Origin: Takakia lepidozioides
Lineage: Eukaryota; Plantae; Bryophyta
Assembly (NCBI GenBank): GCA_030704615.1
Contig: CM060733.1
Span: 28,334,001 to 28,398,000 of the forward strand
Length of the DNA stretch: 64,000 bases
Direction of reading: 5' to 3'
Part shown: piece after piece, positions 63,523-64,000 of the stretch
How the letters are laid out: every line of letters starts with the position of its first letter
How positions within the stretch are numbered: the stretch's first letter is position 1
Program-made: the position numbers and the translations under genes
Notes under the pieces: generated by a model
What the model saw: only the letters and a program-made list of their open reading frames with translations
The model's database searches: none
Told to the model about the DNA's origin: nothing

Positions 63523-63896
63523 ATGGCATGTGCTGCCGCGAAGGTGCTAGACGAGGAACGCAAAGCAGCATTGGAATCAAATGGTTTGAAAGATGAGGCG
63601 GGAGAACTCTGTCATTTGCAGCATTTGGTATCTCATTTGAAATGTATCCTACAGCTGCCCATAGACGGGCTTTTCAATCACACAAACCTCCGTTGGATAC
63701 GCCACGTTTCCCAGGGAAAAGGGAAACGGATATCCATCGAAGTAGCTGTCGTTCCATGGTCTCGCATTCCTGATTTTCTGGAGGGAGAAAGGAGTAGAGT
63801 GGATGAGAAGACCCAATTTTATGTTCAAGATCGAAGGTACCGTGAGTTGCTAGATCTGACAACACCGGGTGCAAACAGTTATCGTCAGTGGCATAA
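63523..63896 (+). CDS. First exon of a probable SWIM-zinc-finger/MULE-related protein (partial)
   Basis: L.W..IEVAVVPWSRIPDFLEGERSR....QFYVQ resembles, from recall, the N-terminus of plant SWIM-type MULE-related proteins. GTAAGT donor at 63897; the start codon is uncertain. Confidence 0.45.
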
Positions 63897-64000
63897 GTAA
63901 GTCACTTACGAGGGTTGCATAACATTCCCAGCCCCACTTCTTTCTGCTGGCCTAGTTAAGAGAAAACAAATATTCGACACTTCACTGCCGGATCAGCCTG

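Larger units (their letters stand above)
61180..64000 (+). mobile_element. Left part of another long-terminus DNA element of the same family, running off the window
   Basis: ATACCCT(n)GGGTAT palindromes at 61230-61355, TAGGAATAATGTAAGAACTTA at 61377, terminus homology to 58870-59050, a large array, then an ORF. Confidence 0.55.

Overview
Eukaryotic plant DNA with spliceosomal introns and dense transposon content, most likely from a non-seed plant such as a moss (inferred from the Tcn1-like chromovirus fragment and the transposon repertoire). The host gene content is a small candidate metabolic cluster. A 3-exon BAHD acyltransferase sits head-to-head (about 1.8 kb apart) with a 7-exon group A FAD-dependent monooxygenase (9971-18452). 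An almost identical inverted copy of this pair lies at 45148-53550, and a diverged BAHD paralog at 59409-61094. Two further 3'-partial monooxygenase copies are fused to retrotransposon fragments. Two inverted-repeat pairs (1-7594 vs 37581-44804; 8949-17726 vs 45148-53944) enclose a roughly 18 kb nest of transposons: a Copia remnant, an unclassified element carrying a protein-kinase-like ORF, a chromovirus Gypsy with a TSD, a MULE/SWIM transposase element and a Gypsy gag. On the right are long-terminal-repeat DNA elements with GTAACCC arrays, a nested hAT transposase and the start of a SWIM-type ORF. All exon and junction coordinates were read by eye; no database searches were run.
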